Source of the DNA: Escherichia phage PP01 | Direction: 5' to 3' (one strand) | Length of the DNA stretch: 64,000 nt | Sequence record: NC_054930.1 | Part shown: piece after piece, positions 9,529 through 18,471 of the stretch | Layout of the letters: each line of letters begins with the position of its first letter | Numbering within the stretch: the first letter of the stretch is position 1 | The notes under the pieces: model-generated | Seen by the model: only the letters and a program-made list of their open reading frames with translations | Database searches by the model: none | Told to the model about the DNA's origin: nothing | Made by a program: the position numbers and the translations under genes

Positions 9529-9999
9529 TTAATCATGTTTCCACACCCCATCGGTATTTGACCAAAGTCGCTGATTATCTGATCCTCGCCACAGCTTTTT
9601 GGTCGGAAGATTTTTCTCATACTTCCCATCAATAATAACATCAACATATTTAAGCATTTCTAGTTGTTTAATATCTTCAAACTTATATCCTGTCCACAAC
9701 CAAATGCTTTTATTTGGATAAAGATTTTTTACTGTTTGAACAATGCAATGAACAACATCTCGGTTATCAGGATAGAGAGGGTCTCCTCCAGTTATAGTTA
9801 ATCCTTCTATATAATCATTATTCAAACATTCAATTAATTGTTCCAGCGTTTCACCAGTGAATGGAATGCCATTTCTAGCATTCCATGTTGATTTATTATA
9901 ACACCCTTCACATTTATGCAAACAACCTGTAACGAAAAGAACGACCCTGCAACCAGGGCCATTCACAAAGCAGCACGGGTATATTCTGTCATAATTCAT
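9529..9999 (-). CDS. nrdG: Anaerobic ribonucleotide reductase activating protein (radical SAM)
   Basis: ORF track 9529..10020; Cys cluster CCFVNGPGCRVVLFVTGCLHKCEGCYN; start at MNYDRIYP gives 156 aa as in T4. Confidence 0.85.
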   Translation of the reverse strand: MNYDRIYPCCFVNGPGCRVVLFVTGCLHKCEGCYNKSTWNARNGIPFTGETLEQLIECLNNDYIEGLTITGGDPLYPDNRDVVHCIVQTVKNLYPNKSIWLWTGYKFEDIKQLEMLKYVDVIIDGKYEKNLPTKKLWRGSDNQRLWSNTDGVWKHD

Positions 10000-10826
10000 A
10001 ATAATATCCAATTTTTCCAAGCTTCATCAGTAGAATTACAGCGTTTTAGTATAAGATGTCTAGAAACTTTTATGGCATTTGAGCACTTTTTAATTGAATC
10101 ATATTTAATACCGTCAACTGAAACGGTTTTGCTAGTTGGAGAAATTTTTCCATACATTGGATTTTTTGAACCAACTTGAAGTCCTTTTAAAGCTTTTGAA
10201 AGCTTTTGTCTAGATTCCAATGACATGGGAGAATTCTTTTTACCTTCAATAATTCGCTTGCGATGAAGTTCGCGTTCTTCTTCACTCAAAGAATTGTAAT
10301 ATTTTTTAACACCGTTTGATATAGATAATTTATCTTTCTCAGACCGCTCTCCAGCTAATTTACTTCTAACATCTTTTCGCTTCATAGCTATGCTTACGGC
10401 TTTATTTAAATTTGCTTGATGCTCTGGCGTACGTTTATATTTCTTTAAAGCACGTGAAATAGCTATTTTAGTTTCTTCTGTTCTCTTTTTACCTTTATTT
10501 GCTAAACTATTTTTGCGGCGATGTTCAAGTGTCTGTTCATAGGCAGTTCCACCTTTTCCACCAGGTTTAATATTATATGTATTTTCTTTTAGACAATACT
10601 CTTCGGTTACAAGTTCAGCTTCTTTATCATACATTTGTTTTTCATTATCAAAAACATGTAAAATTTCTTTATTAAAATTTTTTCTACCATATTTTAATAA
10701 AGCGGCACGAATCAATGTTCCTGACCCCATATAACCGTCATTTATGTTATCGGTGCTATGCGCACCGATATATTCCTTTGAATTAATTATATTTGTTATT
10801 TTATAAATTATATAATACCTATGCAT
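9996..10826 (-). CDS. GIY-YIG homing endonuclease (Seg-like), 276 aa, free-standing between nrdG and nrdD
   Basis: N-terminal GIY-YIG module YIIYKITNIINSKEYIGAHST...YMGSG; N-terminal ~70 aa closely parallel segB in this window; basic C-terminal DNA-binding half. Confidence 0.8.
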   Translation of the reverse strand: MHRYYIIYKITNIINSKEYIGAHSTDNINDGYMGSGTLIRAALLKYGRKNFNKEILHVFDNEKQMYDKEAELVTEEYCLKENTYNIKPGGKGGTAYEQTLEHRRKNSLANKGKKRTEETKIAISRALKKYKRTPEHQANLNKAVSIAMKRKDVRSKLAGERSEKDKLSISNGVKKYYNSLSEEERELHRKRIIEGKKNSPMSLESRQKLSKALKGLQVGSKNPMYGKISPTSKTVSVDGIKYDSIKKCSNAIKVSRHLILKRCNSTDEAWKNWILL

Positions 10827-12636
10827 GTTTTACTCGTTTTACCATTTCTTTCATTTTACCTAAATTCCATGGAACAACGCTAGGAGTTCCAAGATAACCG
10901 CATGTTCTTCTTATGGTGTTCATCTTTTTAGGATCAGTTTCTCCACAAATAGAACAAACAAATCCGTTTTCAGTAGGAGTCATTTCATGGGTACTTCCAC
11001 ACGTAAAACATTTATCTACCGGCATGTTAACACCAAAATAATCTAAATGTTGTGCAGCATAATCCCATACGGCCTCAAGACCCTTTAAGTTATTTTTCAT
11101 ATCAGGAAGTTCAACATAAGAAATGTGACCGCCTGTCGCAATGAAATGATATGGCGCTTCACGAGAAATCTTTTCAAACGGAGTAATATTTTCTTCTACT
11201 GAAACATGGAAACTGTTAGTGTACCAGCCTTTATCGGTAACATCTTTTACGCTTCCATATTTTTCTGTATCGAGTTTACAGAAGCGATAACAAAGGTTTT
11301 CAGCAGGAGTAGAATACAAGCTAAAAGCAAAACCGGTTCTTTCAGTCCACTGCTTAAGACGAGCATTCATTTTAGTCAAAATTTCCTGTCCAATATCACG
11401 ACCGACAAGAATATTCAATTCGTGAATACCAATGTATCCTAGGGACACTGAACTTCTACCGTTTTTAAATAACTCAATTATGTCGTCATCAGGTTTAAGA
11501 CGAACCCCGAATGCACCTTCTTGGTAAAGAATAGGAGCAACAGTCGCTTTAACTCCTTTTAAGGAACTAATTCTACACATCAAAGCTTCAAAACACAAAT
11601 CCATACGTTCATTGAATAATTCAACAAATTTCTGTTCATTGAACTGTGTTCCAATATAAGAATCTAACGCGATGCGAGGAAGATTCAGTGTTACAACACC
11701 AAGATTATTACGTCCATCAAGAATTTCATTACCAGTCGAATCTTTCCATACGCTCAAGAAACTACGGCAACCCATTGGAGAAACAGGAACAGATGAACCA
11801 GTGATAGCTTTATTGTTCTTAGCTGAAATAATATCAGGATACATCCTTTTGCTTGCACACTCTAGAGCAAGCTGCTTAATATCATAGTTCGGATCGTCTT
11901 TATAAAGATTAACACCTTCTTCAACGAACATAACAAGTTTAGGGAAAATAGGAGTTATCCCATCACGACCAAGACCTTTAATACGATTTTTCAGAATTGC
12001 TTTCTGAATCATTCGTTCAGTCCAGTCAGTTCCCGTACCAAATGTAATTGTTACAAAAGGCGTTTGTCCGTTTGAACTAAAGAGAGTATTTACTTCATAT
12101 TCATAAGCTTGGAACGCATCGTATACGTCTTTTTCTGTTTTAGATTGGGCATAATTCAACGCGTCAGCGATTTGCCATTTTTCTGCATCCTCAATATGTT
12201 TTGCATAGGTGCGTTTAACATAAGGAGAAAGGACTTTATCTACATTCGCAAAAGTCGTTCCACCGTATTGATGGGAAGCAACCTGTGCAGTAATTTGTGC
12301 CATAATTGCAGTAGCAACACCGATTGATTTAGGAGTTTCAATCTGTGCATTACCGAGCTTAAATCCGTTCTCAAGCATTCCTTTTAAATCTACTAAACAG
12401 CAATTAGTAAATGGAAGAGCAGGGGAATAATCAATATCATGGAAATGAATAATTCCGCTTTCATGCGCTTTCATAATAAAAGACGGGACCATATTTTTGG
12501 CAATGTGTTTAGACACAATACCAGCCATAAGGTCCCGTTGAGTTGGAAAAACACGAGAATCTTTATTAGCATTCTCGTTTAAAAGGTCTTTATTAGTTTT
12601 ATGAATCAATCCTTCAATTTCTTTTTCAATTGTCAT
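10819..12636 (-). CDS. nrdD: Anaerobic ribonucleoside-triphosphate reductase (glycyl-radical enzyme), uninterrupted
   Basis: 605 aa; C-terminal Zn ribbon (CFTCGSTHEM...CSICG) and glycyl-radical motif RRTCGYLG; one continuous ORF with no intron. Confidence 0.93.
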   Translation of the reverse strand: MTIEKEIEGLIHKTNKDLLNENANKDSRVFPTQRDLMAGIVSKHIAKNMVPSFIMKAHESGIIHFHDIDYSPALPFTNCCLVDLKGMLENGFKLGNAQIETPKSIGVATAIMAQITAQVASHQYGGTTFANVDKVLSPYVKRTYAKHIEDAEKWQIADALNYAQSKTEKDVYDAFQAYEYEVNTLFSSNGQTPFVTITFGTGTDWTERMIQKAILKNRIKGLGRDGITPIFPKLVMFVEEGVNLYKDDPNYDIKQLALECASKRMYPDIISAKNNKAITGSSVPVSPMGCRSFLSVWKDSTGNEILDGRNNLGVVTLNLPRIALDSYIGTQFNEQKFVELFNERMDLCFEALMCRISSLKGVKATVAPILYQEGAFGVRLKPDDDIIELFKNGRSSVSLGYIGIHELNILVGRDIGQEILTKMNARLKQWTERTGFAFSLYSTPAENLCYRFCKLDTEKYGSVKDVTDKGWYTNSFHVSVEENITPFEKISREAPYHFIATGGHISYVELPDMKNNLKGLEAVWDYAAQHLDYFGVNMPVDKCFTCGSTHEMTPTENGFVCSICGETDPKKMNTIRRTCGYLGTPSVVPWNLGKMKEMVKRVKHA

Positions 12637-13106
12637 TTTAAACTCTTTCTAAGCTGCTTCTTAAATGAAGCTATTAATTGTGTTTTAGTGTCAGATTCAT
12701 TATATTCAAATCCTCTTTGAAGCATCTCAGCCATCATTTCCTCTTTTCCTAAACGAGAAAATTCCTTTGATTTATCTCCAACGAAGTTAGGGTGAATATT
12801 ATTTTGGGTGTAATCGGATTTTAAATAAGTAAGTAAATTTTCTAGCCATTCAAGATAATCAACACCTTGTCCCTTTAAGCCAGAACGATTGAATTTATGC
12901 TTCATTTGACCTTCTGCAGCATTACAGAGATTACATAGCAACCCACGTACCTTTCCTGCTTTTGGTCCATTTAATTCATGGTCATGGTCAAGGTGATTAG
13001 CTTGAACATCAGGATTTAGTTCTCGTTGGCAAATTAAGCATTTACCGTTTTGTGCATCATAAAATTTCTGTTTTTCTTCTTTGTATAATTTGCCAGTCAA
13101 TAACAT
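12633..13106 (-). CDS. 49: Endonuclease VII (Holliday-junction resolvase)
   Basis: 157 aa; Zn-binding CLICQ...HLDHDHE...CNLCN motifs as in T4 endo VII. Confidence 0.9.
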   Translation of the reverse strand: MLLTGKLYKEEKQKFYDAQNGKCLICQRELNPDVQANHLDHDHELNGPKAGKVRGLLCNLCNAAEGQMKHKFNRSGLKGQGVDYLEWLENLLTYLKSDYTQNNIHPNFVGDKSKEFSRLGKEEMMAEMLQRGFEYNESDTKTQLIASFKKQLRKSLK

Positions 13107-13112
13107 AATAAA

Positions 13113-13141
13113 ACCCTTACCTTGAATAGATAAGGGTATTT
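13113..13141 (-). promoter_or_regulatory. Stem-loop spanning the gene 49 ribosome-binding region
   Basis: accctta...taagggt palindrome immediately 5' of the gene 49 ATG on the minus strand; T4 gene 49 has a hairpin that sequesters its initiation site in the long transcript. Confidence 0.45.
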
Positions 13142-13147
13142 ATTATT

Positions 13148-13323
13148 TTCAAGTATTGTAAAACATTCGATGCAATCGCTTATATTGTCGAATCATCTTT
13201 TTAGTAGGACGAGAATAAGTTCCTATACAAGTGGTCATATTAGGGTCAGTAGGACTTCCTTTAATAAAAAGTTTCCAAACCTTACCGCCATTTAACTTTT
13301 CAGTATAAATTAATTCGGTTTTC
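13148..13323 (-). CDS. Small hypothetical ORF (~58 aa), below ORF-track cutoff
   Basis: Hand translation: MKTELIYTEKLNGGKVWKLFIKGSPTDPNMTTCIGTYSRPTKKMIRQYKRLHRMFYNT; coordinates approximate. Confidence 0.3.
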
Positions 13324-13324
13324 A

Positions 13325-13789
13325 TTAAAACGCTCGGTCAGAAAAAGAAATTTGAGTTTCAAGCCATTCAATATATTCTGCCGCAGCTTGCATCAAATTT
13401 CCTTCATAACCATCGTTATTTTCTTGTGCAGCTAATTTAGCTAATGCATATGAAATGCGTTCACCTTGAAAAGCGGCTTTAGGTTTATGAATAACTTGAT
13501 CAACTCGTTCTACGACCTCTTCAATTTCGCCATTTTCTGTGGATTCAGTATTCCACAAGCACCAATACGTAATTGGCTTATCATAGATGTTAATAATCTT
13601 TCCATCAGAAAGTTCAATTTCAATAATTCCAGTATCAGGTTCTATATCATCTTCGCATTCTTTTGCAAGTTCACGAACTTTAAAGACAGTACCTGCACTA
13701 AGTTCCGGCCAGTAATTACACAGCCCTTTATCAGCACGATTAATTCTAAACCACTTATCTACTGTAATCATGTCCCATCTCCATATCAA
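13325..13789 (-). CDS. Hypothetical protein, 154 aa (at the position of the 49-to-nrdC interval that holds pin in T4)
   Basis: ORF track; identity with T4 pin not verifiable from sequence alone. Confidence 0.5.
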   Translation of the reverse strand: MIWRWDMITVDKWFRINRADKGLCNYWPELSAGTVFKVRELAKECEDDIEPDTGIIEIELSDGKIINIYDKPITYWCLWNTESTENGEIEEVVERVDQVIHKPKAAFQGERISYALAKLAAQENNDGYEGNLMQAAAEYIEWLETQISFSDRAF

Positions 13790-13894
13790 TTAAGTCATTT
13801 ATCGTTGGTTCATTATATACTGTTTCTTCATCAGTGTAAACCGGTTCTTCCGGCTCTGGCTCTACAGTTTCCCATCTAGCCGCCCACCAGGGTT

Positions 13895-14215
13895 TTATAG
13901 CGTAATCCATTCTCGTATTGTCTGAGTTACTACGCGTTCACGAGGCTCGACTAGTTCAACAGTTGGAACTGCATAATACCAGTCAGAATGGTAAGAACCT
14001 GAGCGAGATTCATTTACGGAAACATGTACATTATGTTTCGGACTAAAATAAACGCACTGCCGATATTGGCATTTGCCATCTTGTACCCAATCTTCTATTT
14101 CGACAGGTTTAAGATAATCCGAAAAATCGAAATCATAATTTTCTGAAAATGCATCATGGTCTTCGATGATTTCACTCAGAACTGCATCAACATCTAATTT
14201 ATTTTCAATAGTCAT
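13895..14215 (-). CDS. Hypothetical protein, 106 aa
   Basis: ORF track. Confidence 0.5.
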   Translation of the reverse strand: MTIENKLDVDAVLSEIIEDHDAFSENYDFDFSDYLKPVEIEDWVQDGKCQYRQCVYFSPKHNVHVSVNESRSGSYHSDWYYAVPTVELVEPRERVVTQTIREWITL

Positions 14216-14226
14216 TTGTCACCACT

Positions 14227-14436
14227 TTAATTTCGCAATTTATTAAGTTCTTCATAATCAATCCAGGATTCTAATCCTGATGGCAAATCAGATTCAATTT
14301 CCCAAAGAAGCTCTTCAATTTTCTGAAGACGATCTAATTCTTCGGCAGGAATAGTAACCATTGACGGAGTTCTTGATACACTAATATCGTAAATCATATT
14401 TACCCCAGTTTGACCATGCAATCGCCATATTTCCAT
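14227..14436 (-). CDS. Hypothetical protein, 69 aa
   Basis: ORF track. Confidence 0.45.
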   Translation of the reverse strand: MEIWRLHGQTGVNMIYDISVSRTPSMVTIPAEELDRLQKIEELLWEIESDLPSGLESWIDYEELNKLRN

Positions 14437-14615
14437 TTAGAAATAGACTTTTCACCGTTAGAATAATAAACTTCGAGTTTAGCACGATTATTTTTAATTT
14501 GAATAACCTTTGCTGTCATCAAAGTTCCATACCCGTAATAAACTGCAACCTCATCACCTACATATACCGCGCTTCCGCGGTAGTCATGGATATAATCAGT
14601 TCCTTCGAGCATCAT
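14400..14615 (-). CDS. Hypothetical small protein, 71 aa
   Basis: ORF track. Confidence 0.45.
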   Translation of the reverse strand: MMLEGTDYIHDYRGSAVYVGDEVAVYYGYGTLMTAKVIQIKNNRAKLEVYYSNGEKSISKWKYGDCMVKLG

Positions 14616-14875
14616 TTAAAGTATTCCCGCAATTGGTCAAATCCACCAATATGACTTCCATCAGGAGCAAATACTTGTGGCATTGTCAACCCAATTTGAG
14701 TATCACGACCTAGTTTCGTCAGAAGCTCAGCGATTTTCTCATCATCAAAAACACCTTTTTCCGGCATAATGTTGATAAATTCAAATGGCTGTTTCTTCAC
14801 AGTCAAGAGACGTTTTGCATTATCGCAATACACACATTTATGGATGCTGCTATCATAACCATATACTTTAAACAT
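14612..14875 (-). CDS. nrdC: Phage glutaredoxin/thioredoxin
   Basis: 87 aa; active site CVYC; length and sequence as T4 NrdC. Confidence 0.88.
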   Translation of the reverse strand: MFKVYGYDSSIHKCVYCDNAKRLLTVKKQPFEFINIMPEKGVFDDEKIAELLTKLGRDTQIGLTMPQVFAPDGSHIGGFDQLREYFK

Positions 14876-14876
14876 A

Positions 14877-15119
14877 TTATTCCTTAATTCCTAGTACTTG
14901 TTTAAAAGTCTCGTCGTAATCAAGACTTTGACCTGTTTGTTCTTTATGTTTGTATATAATATCACTTACTTCTGATAGCATATTTTTATATGAACGAGTT
15001 AAAGCAGATTTAAGCACGCTATATCTATCAGGAAATTTACCGTGTTCATTATAATACGCTATTGCTAATTCACGGACTGCCTTTTCAGCAGTCTCCATAT
15101 ATTCTTTACGCTTTGTCAT
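14877..15119 (-). CDS. Hypothetical protein, 80 aa
   Basis: ORF track. Confidence 0.5.
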
Positions 15120-15402
15120 TTTCTTCTCGGTTAAATCGGTGTTTGCAATGACGGCATTTATAACGAAGATTACTAGTCTGCCAATGAACTAATTGTACCT
15201 GTTCGGTACCACATTCAGGACAATTAGGAACGTTTTTAGAAGCCCTTTCGCGACGTTCAACCATAGCCATAATGGCATCCCAAGCTGGAGGTTTAAAATC
15301 TAAATCGTCAGTAACTAGCAGTCCTTTATCAAACCCAGCGCATGGAGTCCATTCAGGAAAATCTGAAGCTTCGGCAATATCTTCTAATAAACGCTTTTTC
15401 AT
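15106..15402 (-). CDS. Zinc-ribbon protein, 98 aa
   Basis: CPECG...CRHCKH four-Cys ribbon. Confidence 0.5.
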
Positions 15403-16325
15403 TTCAGTACCTCAATAGCATCACGTAAACCATTTGCTTTGGCGGTTAAAGCCTTAATAACTTTAGTATGCTCTTCAATCTGTTTTTCAACTTCAATCAA
15501 ACGAGCACTGAGATATTCGCGTTCTTCTTTCATAGTATCATTCCCATGATTAGGCTTTGGCGTAGGTTTAAATTTACTAGGGTCCTTTAACTTAATAACA
15601 ACTTTAGTTTCAAACAGTGAAAGACCATAATTCGTATTATCATCAAAGGATTCAACTACGTCCATTTTAGACAATAACGTGCGAAGATTATAAGTCAAAG
15701 AACGAATCGTTTTATTATGTTTATTAGCTTCACATGGTTTCATATATGGAAGATTTTTATATATTTCATGTGGAGCACAAACAATAATTGACAATTCAAA
15801 TGGTCCATTCTGTGATGATGGAATGAATTTAGCCGTAACCCAATCTTTTACATTTACATTAATAGTACGGTCATCGCCATGACAAAACAGTCTACGAGAA
15901 TGCTTAAAAAGCATATTCACATTATTATTAAATTCATGTGAAAACTCACTAGCAAATTTTTCTTTACTATTTTTAGAAAACCATTCTTCTAAATAAGTTC
16001 TTTTCACGTCATTAATAATATTAAATGTAACAACATTAGCATTTGATACATTAGTCTCAATGTAGCTTGGATACATAAATTTTTTAACATTATTAACAGC
16101 TATCACAGAAGATAGTAATCGGGAACGTTTGAACCACTCTAGCAAAGAACCAAGAGAATGTGAATACGCATTTTGTGTATCTTTACAAATATGGTTTTCC
16201 CATCCAATATAGTCTAAAAAATCACGAAGAATATTATTGATTACTGCTCTATGTCCTATCTGATAATTACGATGTTTAGTAATAAGACTGTCAAAATAAT
16301 CAATATAATGTTTACGAGTTTTCAT
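15399..16325 (-). CDS. Hypothetical protein, 308 aa, with C-terminal coiled coil (array member 1)
   Basis: ORF track; Pro/Lys linker (KFKPTPKPN) then heptad-rich C-terminus ([31 protein letters not shown]). Confidence 0.6.
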   Translation of the reverse strand: MKTRKHYIDYFDSLITKHRNYQIGHRAVINNILRDFLDYIGWENHICKDTQNAYSHSLGSLLEWFKRSRLLSSVIAVNNVKKFMYPSYIETNVSNANVVTFNIINDVKRTYLEEWFSKNSKEKFASEFSHEFNNNVNMLFKHSRRLFCHGDDRTINVNVKDWVTAKFIPSSQNGPFELSIIVCAPHEIYKNLPYMKPCEANKHNKTIRSLTYNLRTLLSKMDVVESFDDNTNYGLSLFETKVVIKLKDPSKFKPTPKPNHGNDTMKEEREYLSARLIEVEKQIEEHTKVIKALTAKANGLRDAIEVLK

Positions 16326-16377
16326 GTTCTTCTCACTTGGTTAATGATTTATACTCCGAGCCATCCTTGGCTTTAAA

Positions 16378-17379
16378 TTACTTAATTAACTGTAAAGCTT
16401 GTTCCAAACGATCAAGGCGATTAACAGATTCTTCCCAAATCCTTTTAGCCTTCTCATATTCTTTCTGCGCTTTATTAGAAATTTCTAGAACTTCTTTATA
16501 AGCTTTTTCTAGTGCAATAACTTCTGGACGAATTTCTATCGGTTCAGGCGAATCGTCAAGACATTCCATTAGTTCTTCAAGGGTAGTTTCTTCTTTAGGA
16601 GTATTCACAATTTCATCACATTTTTGTTGGTAAATTTCTTTATCAGTCGGTGAGTACGTACGTTTCACTTCACGAAGGCTAATTATAATTTTATATCCTT
16701 CCCAACCACACATATTTTTGAAAGGATATGTATGAATACTTTTTACGGTTTCCATACAGCCCAAAGCCGCCTCTAATTGATAAGTTATAGTGCTAGCAAT
16801 TGAGAAAAATTTATTAATATTCTTTTGGTTAGCGTTTGGTGTAAAAAATCCATAATTCACAAAAATAGCTACTTTATTTTTATCAAGCTCATATTCTTTT
16901 ACGATAATCATATCAGAAGCCAAAGGATGAATTTGACGATAATCGCCATAACATAATTTAGAAGCTGATTTTAGAATCTGTCCTTTGAAAAGCCTGAAAT
17001 TACTAATCCAACGACGAGTAAAAATATTCTCAGGGTCTTCTTTATTATTAAGATGATAAGAATTAACATCACCGAACCAATTATATCCTACTACATCTTT
17101 AGTTCGTTTAATTTCTTTCCCAAATTTACCAAGAATATCTCTGTTGACTAAGTATGAAAGAAGACGAGACCCTTTAAAGGTTTTCTTAATGTCATCTTTA
17201 TCTGTACGACTAGAAATTTCACGAACTTCGTGAATAAATCTGCTGGAAGAAACAATGCTTACATCAATATTATTGAGCCATTGATTGATAATAGAAAGAA
17301 CACTATTCTGACTAGACATAGGTTTAACTTTATCATCAATAACGCTATTGAATGATTTGATATATTCGTTACGAGTCAT
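16378..17379 (-). CDS. Hypothetical protein, ~333 aa, with C-terminal coiled coil (array member 2)
   Basis: ORF track 16378..17430; start moved to MTRNEYIK, which has a GGAG ribosome-binding site and lies downstream of the early promoter at ~17408-17460. Confidence 0.6.
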   Translation of the reverse strand: MTRNEYIKSFNSVIDDKVKPMSSQNSVLSIINQWLNNIDVSIVSSSRFIHEVREISSRTDKDDIKKTFKGSRLLSYLVNRDILGKFGKEIKRTKDVVGYNWFGDVNSYHLNNKEDPENIFTRRWISNFRLFKGQILKSASKLCYGDYRQIHPLASDMIIVKEYELDKNKVAIFVNYGFFTPNANQKNINKFFSIASTITYQLEAALGCMETVKSIHTYPFKNMCGWEGYKIIISLREVKRTYSPTDKEIYQQKCDEIVNTPKEETTLEELMECLDDSPEPIEIRPEVIALEKAYKEVLEISNKAQKEYEKAKRIWEESVNRLDRLEQALQLIK

Positions 17380-17407
17380 ATTAATCTCCTCAGTAGAAAG
17401 TAAGAAC

Positions 17408-17460
17408 ATTATACCACATCCTTGTGGCAAAGTAAACTAGTTTAGTGCATTTAGTGCATT
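17408..17460 (-). promoter_or_regulatory. T4-type early promoter
   Basis: Plus strand attataccac...gtaaactagtttagtg (reverse complement of -10 / GTTTAC / UP pattern). Confidence 0.5.
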
Positions 17461-18327
17461 GTTCAGTTTAGAACGTTGCTTCGTGAGATTTTTGACTTTT
17501 TCTTGAGCTTTTTCTAGCATCTTTTCAGCTTCTAGCACTTCATTAGTTGCTTTAACGAGTTCATCATCTACTGCCTTGATAGACTTCTCAATCGCATCGG
17601 CATGCCATTTTTCAACAGGTTTAAGACTCGGATTTTCAACAGGAAGAAAATTCACTTTATTGAATTTCCATGCATCCTTATTACCTGAACTATACATCCA
17701 AAATTTAGGATCGTTTGATGAGTAATTGGATAAATTTAAATTTAAGTTATCTTGCACTTCTTGCTTTTTCTCTTGCGTGACTTCGTCCTTTCTCAAAAAT
17801 TCATATTTAAATGAAACGATCATATCAAGTTCATATGTTGTTGTGTCTAATTTAAATCGTTCGAAATGTTGTGAAATCTTAGACTGAACAGCAGCAACAA
17901 CATCCATATACTTAAATGCTTCTGTCAACTGCGATTTAAGACATTCGCAAATTGAAAGAGAATTTTTTGTATTAGGTTTAAAGCTAATTCGTGCAGTTCT
18001 GTTATTTTCTTTTAATGGTCTTACTTCCATCTGAAGAGTATAACCGTCAAATTTCAGGTTCTTTAAGTTAATGTCAGAACCTTTTAATCGACTAGCCGTC
18101 GACAAAATTTGCTTTAATTGTCTACGGAACAGAGCAATAAATCTCCATTCAATACGATAATGATTTGGATTGAAAAATCCAGATGATAAATCGACCTTAC
18201 TTTGACCAACGCCTTGAACAAATAGAGGATTTTTATAATCAATAGTTTTACAGAAATCGGTGAGTTGCTCACGAGCAGTCATTTGTGTAATATACCCCCG
18301 CTTTACTAAAATGACGTAACCATTCAC
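17437..18327 (-). CDS. Hypothetical protein, ~296 aa, with C-terminal coiled coil (array member 3); start uncertain
   Basis: ORF track; C-terminus EVLEAEKMLEKAQEKVKNLTKQRSKLNNALNALN. Confidence 0.55.
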   Translation of the reverse strand: MNGYVILVKRGYITQMTAREQLTDFCKTIDYKNPLFVQGVGQSKVDLSSGFFNPNHYRIEWRFIALFRRQLKQILSTASRLKGSDINLKNLKFDGYTLQMEVRPLKENNRTARISFKPNTKNSLSICECLKSQLTEAFKYMDVVAAVQSKISQHFERFKLDTTTYELDMIVSFKYEFLRKDEVTQEKKQEVQDNLNLNLSNYSSNDPKFWMYSSGNKDAWKFNKVNFLPVENPSLKPVEKWHADAIEKSIKAVDDELVKATNEVLEAEKMLEKAQEKVKNLTKQRSKLNNALNALN

Positions 18328-18463
18328 TGCTATTCATATATTTAAAGTGAATATCACGATTAACTTTATCAGGGTCTAAATTATTTTGGCACAAAAATGT
18401 CATAACATCACGAGTATAGCTGGCATTACGAACCATATCTTCAATTTGAGAACGAGTTTTCAT
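18269..18463 (-). CDS. Hypothetical protein, 64 aa
   Basis: ORF track; overlaps the 5' end of the downstream ORF. Confidence 0.35.
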   Translation of the reverse strand: MKTRSQIEDMVRNASYTRDVMTFLCQNNLDPDKVNRDIHFKYMNSSEWLRHFSKAGVYYTNDCS

Positions 18464-18471
18464 GGTGTTCC

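Noticed and set aside
9423-9647. 74-aa ORF overlapping the 3' half of nrdG
   Set aside because: Overlaps the well-supported nrdG frame by more than 100 nt in another frame; no independent signal.
11206-12327. Three plus-strand ORFs (11206..11442, 11672..11887, 12109..12327) within nrdD
   Set aside because: Antisense to the conserved nrdD frame; no ribosome-binding sites or promoters.
10819-12636. Searched for a group I intron or intron-encoded endonuclease interrupting nrdD
   Set aside because: nrdD is one uninterrupted 605-codon frame through the glycyl-radical motif; the endonuclease present is free-standing and upstream, not intronic.
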